This document shows, piece after piece, positions 44,792-62,976 of a stretch of 64,000 bases of DNA; within the stretch, counting starts at the first letter, position 1, and every line of letters starts with the position of its first letter. A program made the translations under genes and the position numbers. A model generated the notes under the pieces. That model saw only the letters and a list, made by a program, of their open reading frames with translations. It had not been told where the DNA came from and ran no database searches. The stretch comes from Escherichia coli (GTDB lineage Bacteria; Pseudomonadota; Gammaproteobacteria; Enterobacterales; Enterobacteriaceae): assembly GCF_003334405.1 (NCBI RefSeq), contig NZ_QOWM01000006.1. One strand, given 5' to 3'.

Positions 44792-45733
44792 ATGATGGAA
44801 AACTATAAACATACTACGGTGCTGCTGGATGAAGCCGTTAATGGCCTCAATATCCGTCCTGATGGCATCTACATTGATGGGACTTTTGGTCGCGGTGGTC
44901 ACTCACGTCTGATCCTCTCGCAGCTTGGCGAAGAGGGGCGTTTGCTGGCGATCGATCGCGACCCGCAGGCTATCGCCGTTGCGAAGACTATTGATGATCC
45001 GCGCTTCTCCATCATCCACGGACCTTTCTCCGCGCTGGGCGAATACGTTGCCGAGCGCGATCTTATCGGCAAGATCGACGGCATTCTCCTCGATCTTGGC
45101 GTCTCTTCACCGCAACTTGATGATGCTGAACGTGGCTTTTCCTTTATGCGCGATGGTCCGCTGGACATGCGTATGGACCCAACCCGTGGGCAGTCAGCCG
45201 CTGAATGGCTACAAACCGCAGAAGAAGCCGATATCGCCTGGGTATTGAAAACCTATGGTGAAGAGCGTTTTGCCAAACGCATTGCCCGCGCCATTGTCGA
45301 GCGTAACCGCGAACAGCCGATGACCCGCACCAAAGAACTGGCGGAAGTCGTGGCTGCTGCAACGCCGGTGAAAGATAAGTTTAAACATCCCGCGACCCGT
45401 ACCTTCCAGGCGGTGCGCATTTGGGTAAACAGTGAACTGGAGGAGATAGAGCAGGCGCTAAAAAGCTCGCTCAACGTGCTGGCCCCGGGTGGGCGGCTTT
45501 CGATCATCAGCTTCCACTCGCTGGAAGACCGTATTGTGAAACGTTTTATGCGTGAAAACAGCCGCGGTCCGCAAGTTCCGGCAGGGTTACCGATGACTGA
45601 AGAGCAGCTCAAAAAACTGGGTGGCCGTCAGCTGCGAGCACTAGGCAAGTTAATGCCGGGCGAAGAAGAGGTGGCTGAGAACCCTCGTGCCCGTAGTTCA
45701 GTTCTGCGTATTGCAGAGAGGACGAATGCATGA
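44792..45733 (+). CDS. rsmH: 16S rRNA m4C1402 methyltransferase RsmH (MraW)
   Basis: 313-aa product [38 protein letters not shown]...; track ORF trimmed. Confidence 0.95.
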
Positions 45734-46095
45734 TCAGCAGAGTGACAGAAGCTCTAAGCAAAGTTAAAGGATCGATGGGAAGCCACGAGCGCCATGCATT
45801 GCCTGGTGTTATCGGTGACGATCTTTTGCGATTTGGGAAGCTGCCACTCTGCCTGTTCATTTGCATTATTTTGACGGCGGTGACTGTGGTAACCACGGCG
45901 CACCATACCCGTTTACTGACCGCTCAGCGCGAACAACTGGTGCTGGAGCGAGATGCTTTAGACATTGAATGGCGCAACCTGATCCTTGAAGAGAATGCGC
46001 TCGGCGACCATAGCCGGGTGGAAAGGATCGCCACGGAAAAGCTGCAAATGCAGCATGTTGATCCGTCACAAGAAAATATCGTAGTGCAAAAATAA
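45730..46095 (+). CDS. ftsL: cell division protein FtsL
   Basis: 121-aa bitopic ORF; overlaps rsmH stop. Confidence 0.9.
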
Positions 46096-46110
46096 GGATA
46101 AACGCGACGC

Positions 46111-47877
46111 ATGAAAGCAGCGGCGAAAACGCAGAAACCAAAACGTCAGGAAGAACATGCCAACTTTATCAGTTGGCGTTTTGCGTTGTTATGCGGCTGT
46201 ATTCTCCTGGCGCTGGCTTTTCTGCTCGGACGCGTAGCGTGGTTACAAGTTATCTCCCCGGATATGCTGGTGAAAGAGGGCGACATGCGTTCTCTTCGCG
46301 TTCAGCAAGTTTCCACCTCCCGCGGCATGATTACTGACCGTTCTGGTCGCCCGTTAGCGGTGAGCGTGCCGGTAAAAGCGATTTGGGCTGACCCGAAAGA
46401 AGTGCATGACGCTGGCGGTATCAGCGTCGGTGACCGCTGGAAGGCGCTGGCTAACGCGCTCAATATTCCGCTGGATCAGCTTTCAGCCCGCATTAACGCC
46501 AACCCGAAAGGGCGCTTTATTTATCTGGCGCGTCAGGTGAACCCTGACATGGCGGACTACATCAAAAAACTGAAACTGCCGGGGATTCATCTGCGTGAAG
46601 AGTCTCGCCGTTACTATCCGTCCGGCGAAGTGACTGCTCACCTCATCGGCTTTACTAACGTCGATAGTCAAGGGATTGAGGGCGTTGAGAAGAGTTTCGA
46701 TAAATGGCTTACCGGGCAGCCGGGTGAGCGCATTGTGCGTAAAGACCGCTATGGTCGCGTAATTGAAGATATTTCTTCTACTGACAGCCAGGCAGCGCAC
46801 AACCTGGCGCTGAGTATTGATGAACGCCTGCAGGCGCTGGTTTATCGCGAACTGAACAACGCGGTGGCCTTTAACAAGGCTGAATCTGGTAGCGCCGTGC
46901 TGGTGGATGTCAACACCGGTGAAGTGCTGGCGATGGCTAACAGCCCGTCATACAACCCTAACAATCTGAGCGGCACGCCGAAAGAGGCGATGCGTAACCG
47001 TACCATCACCGACGTGTTTGAACCGGGCTCAACGGTTAAACCGATGGTGGTAATGACCGCGTTGCAACGTGGCGTGGTGCGGGAAAACTCGGTACTCAAT
47101 ACCATTCCTTATCGAATTAACGGCCACGAAATCAAAGACGTGGCACGCTACAGCGAATTAACCCTGACCGGGGTATTACAGAAGTCGAGTAACGTCGGTG
47201 TTTCCAAGCTGGCGTTAGCGATGCCGTCCTCAGCGTTAGTAGATACTTACTCACGTTTTGGACTGGGAAAAGCGACCAATTTGGGGTTGGTCGGAGAACG
47301 CAGTGGCTTATATCCTCAAAAACAACGGTGGTCTGACATAGAGAGGGCCACCTTCTCTTTCGGCTACGGGCTAATGGTAACACCATTACAGTTAGCGCGA
47401 GTCTACGCAACTATCGGCAGCTACGGCATTTATCGCCCACTGTCGATTACCAAAGTTGACCCCCCGGTTCCCGGTGAACGTGTCTTCCCGGAATCCATTG
47501 TCCGCACTGTGGTGCATATGATGGAAAGCGTGGCGCTACCAGGCGGCGGCGGCGTGAAGGCGGCGATTAAAGGCTATCGTATCGCCATTAAAACCGGTAC
47601 CGCGAAAAAGGTCGGGCCGGACGGTCGCTACATCAATAAATATATTGCTTATACCGCAGGCGTTGCGCCTGCGAGTCAGCCGCGCTTCGCGCTGGTTGTT
47701 GTTATCAACGATCCGCAGGCGGGTAAATACTACGGCGGCGCCGTTTCCGCGCCGGTCTTTGGTGCCATCATGGGCGGCGTATTGCGTACCATGAACATCG
47801 AGCCGGATGCGCTGACAACGGGCGATAAAAATGAATTTGTGATTAATCAAGGCGAGGGGACAGGTGGCAGATCGTAA
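46111..47877 (+). CDS. ftsI: peptidoglycan D,D-transpeptidase FtsI (PBP3)
   Basis: 588-aa ORF with STVK, SSN and KTG penicillin-binding motifs. Confidence 0.95.
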
Positions 47878-49351
47878 TTTGCGCGACCTTCTTGCTCCGT
47901 GGGTGCCAGACGCACCTTCGCGAGCACTGCGAGAGATGACACTCGACAGCCGTGTGGCTGCGGCGGGCGATCTCTTTGTAGCTGTAGTAGGTCATCAGGC
48001 GGACGGGCGTCGATATATCCCGCAGGCGATAGCGCAAGGTGTGGCTGCCATTATTGCAGAGGCGAAAGATGAGGCGACCGATGGTGAAATCCGTGAAATG
48101 CACGGCGTACCGGTCATCTATCTCAGCCAGCTCAACGAGCGTTTATCTGCACTGGCGGGCCGCTTTTACCATGAACCCTCTGACAATTTACGTCTCGTGG
48201 GCGTAACGGGCACCAACGGCAAAACCACGACTACCCAGCTGTTGGCGCAGTGGAGCCAACTGCTTGGCGAAACCAGCGCGGTAATGGGCACCGTTGGTAA
48301 CGGCCTGCTGGGGAAAGTGATCCCGACAGAAAATACAACCGGTTCGGCAGTCGATGTTCAGCATGAGCTGGCGGGGCTGGTGGATCAGGGCGCGACGTTT
48401 TGCGCAATGGAAGTTTCCTCCCACGGGCTGGTACAGCACCGTGTGGCGGCATTGAAATTTGCGGCGTCGGTCTTTACCAACTTAAGCCGCGATCACCTTG
48501 ATTATCATGGTGATATGGAACACTACGAAGCCGCGAAATGGCTGCTTTATTCTGAGCATCATTGCGGTCAGGCGATTATTAACGCCGACGATGAAGTGGG
48601 CCGCCGCTGGCTGGCAAAACTGCCGGACGCGGTTGCGGTATCAATGGAAGATCATATTAATCCGAACTGTCACGGACGCTGGTTGAAAGCGACCGAAGTG
48701 AACTATCACGACAGCGGTGCGACGATTCGCTTTAGCTCAAGTTGGGGCGATGGCGAAATTGAAAGCCATCTGATGGGCGCTTTTAACGTCAGCAACCTGC
48801 TGCTCGCGCTGGCGACACTGTTGGCACTCGGCTATCCACTGGCTGATCTGCTGAAAACCGCCGCGCGTCTGCAACCGGTTTGCGGACGTATGGAAGTGTT
48901 CACTGCGCCAGGCAAACCGACGGTGGTGGTGGATTACGCGCATACGCCGGATGCACTGGAAAAAGCCTTACAGGCGGCGCGTCTGCACTGTGCGGGCAAG
49001 CTGTGGTGTGTCTTTGGCTGTGGTGGCGATCGCGATAAAGGTAAGCGTCCACTGATGGGCGCAATTGCCGAAGAGTTTGCTGACGTGGCGGTGGTGACGG
49101 ACGATAACCCGCGTACCGAAGAACCGCGTGCCATCATCAACGATATTCTGGCGGGAATGTTAGATGCCGGACATGCCAAAGTGATGGAAGGCCGTGCTGA
49201 AGCGGTGACTTGCGCCGTTATGCAGGCTAAAGAGAATGATGTGGTACTGGTCGCGGGCAAAGGCCATGAAGATTACCAGATTGTTGGCAATCAGCGTCTG
49301 GACTACTCCGATCGCGTCACGGTGGCGCGTCTGCTGGGGGTGATTGCATGA
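47864..49351 (+). CDS. murE: UDP-MurNAc-tripeptide synthetase (meso-DAP adding) MurE
   Basis: 495-aa Mur ligase ORF (GTNGKTT P-loop). Confidence 0.95.
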
Positions 49352-50706
49352 TTAGCGTAACCCTTAGCCAACTTACCGACATTCTCAACGGTGAACTGCA
49401 AGGTGCAGATATCACCCTTGATGCTGTAACCACTGATACCCGAAAACTGACGCCGGGCTGCCTGTTTGTTGCCCTGAAAGGCGAACGTTTTGATGCCCAC
49501 GATTTTGCCGACCAGGCGAAAGCTGGCGGCGCAGGCGCACTACTGGTTAGCCGTCCGCTGGACATCGACCTGCCGCAGTTAATCGTCAAGGATACGCGTC
49601 TGGCGTTTGGTGAACTGGCTGCATGGGTTCGCCAGCAAGTTCCGGCGCGCGTGGTTGCTCTGACGGGGTCCTCCGGCAAAACCTCCGTTAAAGAGATGAC
49701 GGCGGCGATTTTAAGCCAGTGCGGCAACACGCTTTATACGGCAGGCAATCTCAACAACGACATCGGTGTACCGATGACGCTGTTGCGCTTAACGCCGGAA
49801 TACGATTACGCAGTTATTGAACTTGGCGCGAACCATCAGGGCGAAATAGCCTGGACTGTGAGTCTGACTCGCCCGGAAGCTGCGCTGGTCAACAACCTGG
49901 CAGCGGCGCATCTGGAAGGTTTTGGCTCGCTTGCGGGTGTCGCGAAAGCGAAAGGTGAAATCTTTAGCGGCCTGCCGGAAAACGGTATCGCCATTATGAA
50001 CGCCGACAACAACGACTGGCTGAACTGGCAGAGCGTAATTGGCTCACGCAAAGTGTGGCGTTTCTCACCCAATGCCGCCAACAGCGATTTCACCGCCACC
50101 AATATCCATGTGACCTCGCACGGTACGGAATTTACCCTACAAACCCCAACCGGTAGCGTCGATGTTCTGCTGCCGTTGCCGGGGCGTCACAATATTGCGA
50201 ATGCGCTGGCAGCCGCTGCGCTCTCCATGTCCGTGGGCGCAACGCTTGATGCTATCAAAGCGGGGCTGGCAAATCTGAAAGCTGTTCCAGGCCGTCTGTT
50301 CCCCATCCAACTGGCAGAAAACCAGTTGCTGCTCGACGACTCCTACAACGCCAATGTCGGTTCAATGACTGCAGCAGTCCAGGTACTGGCTGAAATGCCG
50401 GGCTACCGCGTGCTGGTGGTGGGCGATATGGCGGAACTGGGCGCTGAAAGCGAAGCCTGCCATGTACAGGTGGGCGAGGCGGCAAAAGCTGCTGGTATTG
50501 ACCGCGTGTTAAGCGTGGGTAAACAAAGCCATGCTATCAGCACCGCCAGCGGCGTTGGCGAACATTTTGCTGATAAAACTGCGTTAATTACGCGTCTTAA
50601 ATTACTGATTGCTGAGCAACAGGTAATTACGATTTTAGTTAAGGGTTCACGTAGTGCCGCCATGGAAGAGGTAGTACGCGCTTTACAGGAGAATGGGACA
50701 TGTTAG
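49348..50706 (+). CDS. murF: UDP-MurNAc-pentapeptide synthetase MurF
   Basis: 452-aa Mur ligase ORF (GSSGKTS). Confidence 0.95.
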
Positions 50707-51782
50707 TTTGGCTGGCCGAACATTTGGTCAAATATTATTCCGGCTTTAACGTCTTTTCCTATCTGACGTTTCGCGCCATCGTCAGCCTGCTGACCGCGCT
50801 GTTCATCTCATTGTGGATGGGCCCGCGTATGATTGCTCATTTGCAAAAACTTTCCTTTGGTCAGGTGGTGCGTAACGACGGTCCTGAATCACACTTCAGC
50901 AAGCGCGGTACGCCGACCATGGGCGGGATTATGATCCTGACGGCGATTGTGATCTCCGTACTGCTGTGGGCTTACCCGTCCAATCCGTACGTCTGGTGCG
51001 TGTTGGTGGTGCTGGTAGGTTACGGTGTTATTGGCTTTGTTGATGATTATCGCAAAGTGGTGCGTAAAGACACCAAAGGGTTGATCGCTCGTTGGAAGTA
51101 TTTCTGGATGTCGGTCATTGCGCTGGGTGTCGCCTTCGCCCTGTACCTTGCCGGCAAAGACACGCCCGCAACGCAGCTGGTGGTCCCATTCTTTAAAGAT
51201 GTGATGCCGCAGCTGGGGCTGTTCTACATTCTGCTGGCTTACTTCGTCATTGTGGGTACTGGCAACGCGGTAAACCTGACCGATGGTCTCGACGGCCTGG
51301 CAATTATGCCGACCGTATTTGTCGCCGGTGGTTTTGCGCTGGTGGCGTGGGCGACCGGCAATATGAACTTTGCCAGCTACTTGCATATACCGTATCTGCG
51401 ACACGCCGGGGAACTGGTTATTGTCTGTACCGCGATAGTCGGGGCAGGACTGGGCTTCCTGTGGTTTAACACCTATCCGGCGCAGGTCTTTATGGGCGAT
51501 GTAGGTTCGCTGGCGTTAGGTGGTGCGTTAGGCATTATCGCCGTACTGCTACGTCAGGAATTCCTGCTGGTGATTATGGGGGGCGTGTTCGTGGTAGAAA
51601 CGCTTTCTGTCATCCTGCAGGTCGGCTCCTTTAAACTGCGCGGACAACGTATTTTCCGCATGGCACCGATTCATCACCACTATGAACTGAAAGGCTGGCC
51701 GGAACCGCGCGTCATTGTGCGTTTCTGGATTATTTCGCTGATGCTGGTTCTGATTGGTCTGGCAACGCTGAAGGTACGTTAA
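50700..51782 (+). CDS. mraY: phospho-MurNAc-pentapeptide translocase MraY
   Basis: 360-aa polytopic membrane [30 protein letters not shown]... Confidence 0.95.
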
Positions 51783-51784
51783 TC

Positions 51785-53101
51785 ATGGCTGATTATCAGG
51801 GTAAAAATGTCGTCATTATCGGCCTGGGCCTCACCGGGCTTTCCTGCGTGGACTTTTTCCTCGCTCGCGGTGTGACGCCGCGCGTTATGGATACGCGTAT
51901 GACACCGCCTGGCCTGGATAAATTACCCGAAGCCGTAGAACGCCACACGGGCAGTCTGAATGATGAATGGCTGATGGCGGCAGATCTGATTGTCGCCAGT
52001 CCCGGTATTGCACTGGCGCATCCATCCTTAAGCGCTGCCGCTGATGCCGGAATCGAAATCGTTGGCGATATCGAGCTGTTCTGTCGCGAAGCACAAGCAC
52101 CGATTGTGGCGATTACCGGTTCTAACGGCAAAAGCACGGTCACCACGCTAGTGGGTGAAATGGCGAAAGCGGCGGGGGTTAACGTTGGTGTGGGTGGCAA
52201 TATTGGCCTGCCTGCGTTGATGCTACTGGATGATGAGTGTGAACTGTACGTGCTGGAACTGTCGAGCTTCCAGCTGGAAACCACCTCCAGCTTACAGGCG
52301 GTAGCAGCGACCATTCTGAACGTGACTGAAGATCATATGGATCGCTATCCGTTTGGTTTACAACAGTATCGTGCAGCAAAACTGCGCATTTACGAAAACG
52401 CGAAAGTTTGCGTGGTTAATGCTGATGATGCCTTAACAATGCCGATTCGCGGTGCGGATGAACGCTGCGTCAGCTTTGGCGTCAACATGGGTGACTATCA
52501 CCTGAATCATCAGCAGGGCGAAACCTGGCTGCGGGTTAAAGGCGAGAAAGTGCTGAATGTGAAAGAGATGAAACTTTCCGGGCAGCATAACTACACCAAT
52601 GCGCTGGCGGCGCTGGCGCTGGCAGATGCTGCAGGGTTACCGCGTGCCAGCAGCCTGAAAGCGTTAACCACATTCACTGGTCTGCCGCATCGCTTTGAAG
52701 TTGTGCTGGAGCATAACGGCGTACGTTGGATTAACGATTCGAAAGCGACCAACGTCGGCAGTACGGAAGCGGCGCTGAATGGCCTGCACGTAGACGGCAC
52801 ACTGCATTTGTTGCTGGGTGGCGATGGTAAATCGGCGGACTTTAGCCCACTGGCGCGTTACCTGAATGGCGATAACGTACGTCTGTATTGTTTCGGTCGT
52901 GACGGCGCGCAGCTGGCGGCGCTACGCCCGGAAGTGGCAGAACAAACCGAAACTATGGAACAGGCGATGCGCTTGCTGGCTCCGCGTGTTCAGCCGGGCG
53001 ATATGGTTCTGCTCTCCCCAGCCTGTGCCAGCCTTGATCAGTTCAAGAACTTTGAACAACGAGGCAATGAGTTTGCCCGTCTGGCGAAGGAGTTAGGTTG
53101 A
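51785..53101 (+). CDS. murD: UDP-MurNAc-L-Ala:D-Glu ligase MurD
   Basis: 438-aa Mur ligase ORF (GSNGKSTV). Confidence 0.95.
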
Positions 53102-54345
53102 TGCGTTTATCTCTCCCTCGCCTGAAAATGCCGCGCCTGCCAGGATTCAGTATCCTGGTCTGGATCTCCACGGCGCTAAAGGGCTGGGTGATGGGCTCGC
53201 GGGAAAAAGATACCGACAGCCTGATCATGTACGATCGCACCTTACTGTGGCTGACCTTCGGCCTCGCGGCGATTGGCTTTATCATGGTGACCTCGGCGTC
53301 AATGCCCATAGGGCAACGCTTAACCAACGATCCGTTCTTCTTCGCGAAGCGTGATGGTGTCTATCTGATTTTGGCGTTTATTCTGGCGATCATTACGCTG
53401 CGTCTGCCGATGGAGTTCTGGCAACGCTACAGTGCCACGATGCTGCTCGGATCTATCATCCTGCTGATGATCGTCCTGGTAGTGGGTAGCTCGGTTAAAG
53501 GGGCATCGCGTTGGATCGATCTCGGTTTGCTGCGTATCCAGCCTGCGGAGCTGACAAAACTGTCGCTGTTTTGCTATATCGCCAACTATCTGGTGCGTAA
53601 AGGCGACGAAGTACGTAATAACCTGCGCGGCTTCCTGAAACCGATGGGCGTGATTCTGGTGTTGGCAGTGTTACTGCTGGCACAGCCAGACCTTGGTACG
53701 GTGGTGGTGTTGTTTGTGACTACGCTGGCGATGTTGTTCCTGGCGGGAGCGAAATTGTGGCAGTTCATTGCCATTATCGGTATGGGCATTTCAGCGGTTG
53801 TGTTGCTGATACTCGCCGAACCGTACCGTATCCGCCGTGTTACCGCATTCTGGAACCCGTGGGAAGATCCCTTTGGCAGCGGCTATCAGTTAACGCAATC
53901 GCTGATGGCGTTTGGTCGCGGCGAACTTTGGGGGCAAGGTTTAGGTAACTCGGTACAAAAACTGGAGTATCTGCCGGAAGCGCACACTGACTTTATTTTC
54001 GCCATTATCGGCGAAGAACTGGGGTATGTCGGTGTGGTGCTGGCACTTTTAATGGTATTCTTCGTCGCTTTTCGCGCGATGTCGATTGGCCGTAAAGCAT
54101 TAGAAATTGACCACCGTTTTTCCGGTTTTCTCGCCTGTTCTATTGGCATCTGGTTTAGCTTCCAGGCGCTGGTTAACGTAGGCGCGGCGGCGGGGATGTT
54201 ACCGACCAAAGGTCTGACATTGCCGCTGATCAGTTACGGTGGTTCGAGCTTACTGATTATGTCGACAGCCATCATGATGCTGTTGCGTATTGATTATGAA
54301 ACGCGTCTGGAGAAAGCGCAGGCGTTTGTACGAGGTTCACGATGA
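53101..54345 (+). CDS. ftsW: peptidoglycan glycosyltransferase / lipid II flippase-family protein FtsW (SEDS)
   Basis: 414-aa polytopic [31 protein letters not shown]...; ATG at 53101 overlaps murD stop. Confidence 0.93.
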
Positions 54346-55409
54346 GTGGTCAAGGAAAGCGATTAATGGTGATGGCAGGCGGAACCGGTGGACATGTATT
54401 CCCGGGACTGGCGGTTGCGCACCATCTAATGGCTCAGGGTTGGCAAGTTCGCTGGCTGGGGACTGCCGACCGTATGGAAGCGGACTTAGTGCCAAAACAT
54501 GGCATCGAAATTGATTTCATTCGTATCTCTGGTCTGCGTGGAAAAGGTATAAAAGCACTGATAGCTGCCCCGCTGCGTATCTTCAACGCCTGGCGTCAGG
54601 CGCGGGCGATTATGAAAGCGTACAAACCTGACGTGGTGCTCGGTATGGGAGGCTACGTGTCAGGTCCAGGTGGTCTGGCCGCGTGGTCGTTAGGCATTCC
54701 GGTTGTACTTCATGAACAAAACGGTATTGCGGGCTTAACCAATAAATGGCTGGCGAAGATTGCCACCAAAGTGATGCAGGCGTTTCCAGGTGCTTTCCCT
54801 AATGCGGAAGTAGTGGGTAACCCGGTGCGTACCGATGTGTTGGCGCTGCCGTTGCCGCAGCAACGTTTGGCTGGACGTGAAGGTCCGGTTCGTGTGCTGG
54901 TAGTGGGTGGTTCTCAGGGCGCACGCATTCTTAACCAGACAATGCCGCAGGTTGCTGCGAAACTGGGTGATTCAGTCACTATCTGGCATCAGAGCGGCAA
55001 AGGTTCGCAACAATCCGTTGAACAGGCGTATGCCGAAGCGGGGCAACCGCAGCATAAAGTGACGGAATTTATTGATGATATGGCGGCGGCGTATGCGTGG
55101 GCGGATGTCGTCGTTTGCCGCTCCGGTGCGTTAACGGTGAGTGAAATCGCCGCGGCAGGACTACCGGCGTTGTTTGTGCCGTTTCAACATAAAGACCGCC
55201 AGCAATACTGGAATGCGCTACCGCTGGAAAAAGCGGGCGCAGCCAAAATTATCGAGCAGCCACAGCTTAGCGTGGATGCTGTCGCCAACACCCTGGCCGG
55301 GTGGTCGCGAGAAACCTTATTAACCATGGCAGAACGCGCCCGCGCTGCATCCATTCCGGATGCCACCGAGCGAGTGGCAAATGAAGTGAGCCGGGTTGCC
55401 CGGGCGTAA
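54342..55409 (+). CDS. murG: UDP-GlcNAc:MurNAc-pentapeptide GlcNAc transferase MurG
   Basis: 355-aa GT28 [32 protein letters not shown]... Confidence 0.95.
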
Positions 55410-55462
55410 TTGTAGCGATGCCTTTTGCATCGTATGAATTTAAGAAGTTAATGGCGTAAAGA

Positions 55463-57851
<2,389 letters not shown>

Positions 57852-57852
57852 T

Positions 57853-58683
57853 ATGTCGCAGGCTGCTCTGAACACGCGAAACAGCGAAGAAGAGGTTTCT
57901 TCTCGCCGCAATAATGGAACGCGTCTGGCGGGGATCCTTTTCCTGCTGACCGTTTTAACGACAGTGTTGGTGAGCGGCTGGGTCGTGTTGGGCTGGATGG
58001 AAGATGCGCAACGCCTGCCGCTCTCAAAGCTGGTGTTGACCGGTGAACGCCATTACACACGTAATGACGATATCCGGCAGTCGATCCTGGCATTGGGTGA
58101 GCCGGGTACCTTTATGACCCAGGATGTCAACATCATCCAGACGCAAATAGAACAACGCCTGCCGTGGATTAAGCAGGTGAGCGTCAGAAAGCAGTGGCCT
58201 GATGAATTGAAGATTCATCTGGTTGAATATGTGCCGATTGCGCGGTGGAATGATCAACATATGGTAGACGCGGAAGGAAATACCTTCAGCGTGCCGCCAG
58301 AACGCACCAGCAAGCAGGTGCTTCCAATGCTGTATGGCCCGGAAGGCAGCGCCAATGAAGTGTTGCAGGGCTATCGCGAAATGGGGCAGATGCTGGCAAA
58401 GGACAGATTTACTCTGAAGGAAGCGGCGATGACCGCGCGGCGTTCCTGGCAGTTGACGCTGAATAACGATATTAAGCTCAATCTTGGCCGGGGCGATACG
58501 ATGAAACGTTTGGCTCGCTTTGTAGAACTTTATCCGGTTTTACAGCAGCAGGCGCAAACCGATGGCAAACGGATTAGCTACGTTGATTTGCGTTATGACT
58601 CTGGAGCGGCAGTAGGCTGGGCGCCCTTGCCGCCAGAGGAATCTACTCAGCAACAAAATCAGGCACAGGCAGAACAACAATGA
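57853..58683 (+). CDS. ftsQ: cell division protein FtsQ
   Basis: 276-aa bitopic ORF with POTRA-like region. Confidence 0.93.
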   Translation: MSQAALNTRNSEEEVSSRRNNGTRLAGILFLLTVLTTVLVSGWVVLGWMEDAQRLPLSKLVLTGERHYTRNDDIRQSILALGEPGTFMTQDVNIIQTQIEQRLPWIKQVSVRKQWPDELKIHLVEYVPIARWNDQHMVDAEGNTFSVPPERTSKQVLPMLYGPEGSANEVLQGYREMGQMLAKDRFTLKEAAMTARRSWQLTLNNDIKLNLGRGDTMKRLARFVELYPVLQQQAQTDGKRISYVDLRYDSGAAVGWAPLPPEESTQQQNQAQAEQQ

Positions 58684-59942
58684 TCAAGGCGACGGACAGA
58701 AAACTGGTAGTAGGACTGGAGATTGGTACCGCGAAGGTTGCCGCTTTAGTAGGGGAAGTTCTGCCCGACGGTATGGTCAATATCATTGGCGTGGGCAGCT
58801 GCCCGTCGCGTGGTATGGATAAAGGCGGGGTGAACGACCTCGAATCCGTGGTCAAGTGCGTACAACGCGCCATTGACCAGGCAGAATTGATGGCAGATTG
58901 TCAGATCTCTTCGGTATATCTGGCGCTTTCTGGTAAGCACATCAGCTGCCAGAATGAAATTGGTATGGTGCCTATTTCTGAAGAAGAAGTGACGCAAGAA
59001 GATGTGGAAAACGTCGTCCATACCGCGAAATCGGTGCGTGTGCGCGATGAGCATCGTGTGCTGCATGTGATCCCGCAAGAGTATGCGATTGACTATCAGG
59101 AAGGGATCAAGAATCCGGTAGGACTTTCGGGCGTGCGGATGCAGGCAAAAGTGCACCTGATCACATGTCACAACGATATGGCGAAAAACATCGTCAAAGC
59201 GGTTGAACGTTGTGGGCTGAAAGTTGACCAACTGATATTTGCCGGACTGGCATCAAGTTATTCGGTATTGACGGAAGATGAACGTGAACTGGGTGTCTGC
59301 GTCGTCGATATCGGTGGTGGTACAATGGATATCGCCGTTTATACCGGTGGGGCATTGCGCCACACTAAGGTAATTCCTTATGCTGGCAATGTCGTGACCA
59401 GTGATATCGCTTACGCCTTTGGCACGCCGCCAAGCGACGCCGAAGCGATTAAAGTTCGCCACGGTTGTGCGCTGGGTTCCATCGTTGGAAAAGATGAGAG
59501 CGTGGAAGTGCCGAGCGTAGGTGGTCGTCCGCCACGGAGTCTGCAACGTCAGACACTGGCAGAGGTGATCGAGCCGCGCTATACCGAGCTGCTCAACCTG
59601 GTCAACGAAGAGATATTGCAGTTGCAGGAAAAGCTTCGCCAACAAGGGGTTAAACATCACCTGGCGGCAGGCATTGTATTAACCGGTGGCGCAGCGCAGA
59701 TCGAAGGTCTTGCAGCCTGTGCTCAGCGCGTGTTTCATACGCAAGTGCGTATCGGCGCGCCGCTGAACATTACCGGTTTAACGGATTATGCTCAGGAGCC
59801 GTATTATTCGACGGCGGTGGGATTGCTTCACTATGGGAAAGAGTCACATCTTAACGGTGAAGCTGAAGTAGAAAAACGTGTTACAGCATCAGTTGGCTCG
59901 TGGATCAAGCGACTCAATAGTTGGCTGCGAAAAGAGTTTTAA
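58680..59942 (+). CDS. ftsA: cell division protein FtsA (actin-like ATPase)
   Basis: 420-aa [34 protein letters not shown]... Confidence 0.95.
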   Translation: MIKATDRKLVVGLEIGTAKVAALVGEVLPDGMVNIIGVGSCPSRGMDKGGVNDLESVVKCVQRAIDQAELMADCQISSVYLALSGKHISCQNEIGMVPISEEEVTQEDVENVVHTAKSVRVRDEHRVLHVIPQEYAIDYQEGIKNPVGLSGVRMQAKVHLITCHNDMAKNIVKAVERCGLKVDQLIFAGLASSYSVLTEDERELGVCVVDIGGGTMDIAVYTGGALRHTKVIPYAGNVVTSDIAYAFGTPPSDAEAIKVRHGCALGSIVGKDESVEVPSVGGRPPRSLQRQTLAEVIEPRYTELLNLVNEEILQLQEKLRQQGVKHHLAAGIVLTGGAAQIEGLAACAQRVFHTQVRIGAPLNITGLTDYAQEPYYSTAVGLLHYGKESHLNGEAEVEKRVTASVGSWIKRLNSWLRKEF

Positions 59943-60002
59943 TTTTTATGAGGCCGACGATGATTACGGCCTCAGGCGACAGGCACAAATCGGAGAGAAA
60001 CT

Positions 60003-61154
60003 ATGTTTGAACCAATGGAACTTACCAATGACGCGGTGATTAAAGTCATCGGCGTCGGCGGCGGCGGCGGTAATGCTGTTGAACACATGGTGCGCGAGCG
60101 CATTGAAGGTGTTGAATTCTTCGCGGTAAATACCGATGCACAAGCGCTGCGTAAAACAGCGGTTGGACAGACGATTCAAATCGGTAGCGGTATCACCAAA
60201 GGACTGGGCGCTGGCGCTAATCCAGAAGTTGGCCGCAATGCGGCTGATGAGGATCGCGATGCATTGCGTGCGGCGCTGGAAGGTGCAGACATGGTCTTTA
60301 TTGCTGCGGGTATGGGTGGTGGTACCGGTACAGGTGCAGCACCAGTCGTCGCTGAAGTGGCAAAAGATTTGGGTATCCTGACCGTTGCTGTCGTCACTAA
60401 GCCTTTCAACTTTGAAGGCAAGAAGCGTATGGCATTCGCGGAGCAGGGGATCACTGAACTGTCCAAGCATGTGGACTCTCTGATCACTATCCCGAACGAC
60501 AAACTGCTGAAAGTTCTGGGCCGCGGTATCTCCCTGCTGGATGCGTTTGGCGCAGCGAACGATGTACTGAAAGGCGCTGTGCAAGGTATCGCTGAACTGA
60601 TTACTCGTCCGGGTTTGATGAACGTGGACTTTGCAGACGTACGCACCGTAATGTCTGAGATGGGCTACGCAATGATGGGTTCTGGCGTGGCGAGCGGTGA
60701 AGACCGTGCGGAAGAAGCTGCTGAAATGGCTATCTCTTCTCCGCTGCTGGAAGATATCGACCTGTCTGGCGCGCGCGGCGTGCTGGTTAACATCACGGCG
60801 GGCTTCGACCTGCGTCTGGATGAGTTCGAAACGGTAGGTAACACCATCCGTGCATTTGCTTCCGACAACGCGACTGTGGTTATCGGTACTTCTCTTGACC
60901 CGGATATGAATGACGAGCTGCGCGTAACCGTTGTTGCGACAGGTATCGGCATGGACAAACGTCCTGAAATCACTCTGGTGACCAATAAGCAGGTTCAGCA
61001 GCCAGTGATGGATCGCTACCAGCAGCATGGGATGGCTCCGCTGACCCAGGAGCAGAAGCCGGTTGCTAAAGTCGTGAATGACAATGCGCCGCAAACTGCG
61101 AAAGAGCCGGATTATCTGGATATCCCAGCATTCCTGCGTAAGCAAGCTGATTAA
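60003..61154 (+). CDS. ftsZ: cell division GTPase FtsZ
   Basis: 383-aa ORF with tubulin signature GGGTGTG. Confidence 0.97.
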
Positions 61155-61233
61155 GAATTGACTGGAATTTGGGTTTCGAGGCTCTTTGTGCTAAACTGGC
61201 CCGCCGAATGTATAGTACACTTCGGTTGGATAG

Positions 61234-62172
<939 letters not shown>

Positions 62173-62207
62173 CGACATTTATACTGTCGTATAAAATTCG
62201 ACTGGCA

Positions 62208-62915
<708 letters not shown>

Positions 62916-62976
62916 CAACAATAAACCTTTACTTCATTTTATTAACTCCGCAACGCGGGGCGTTTGAGATTTTATT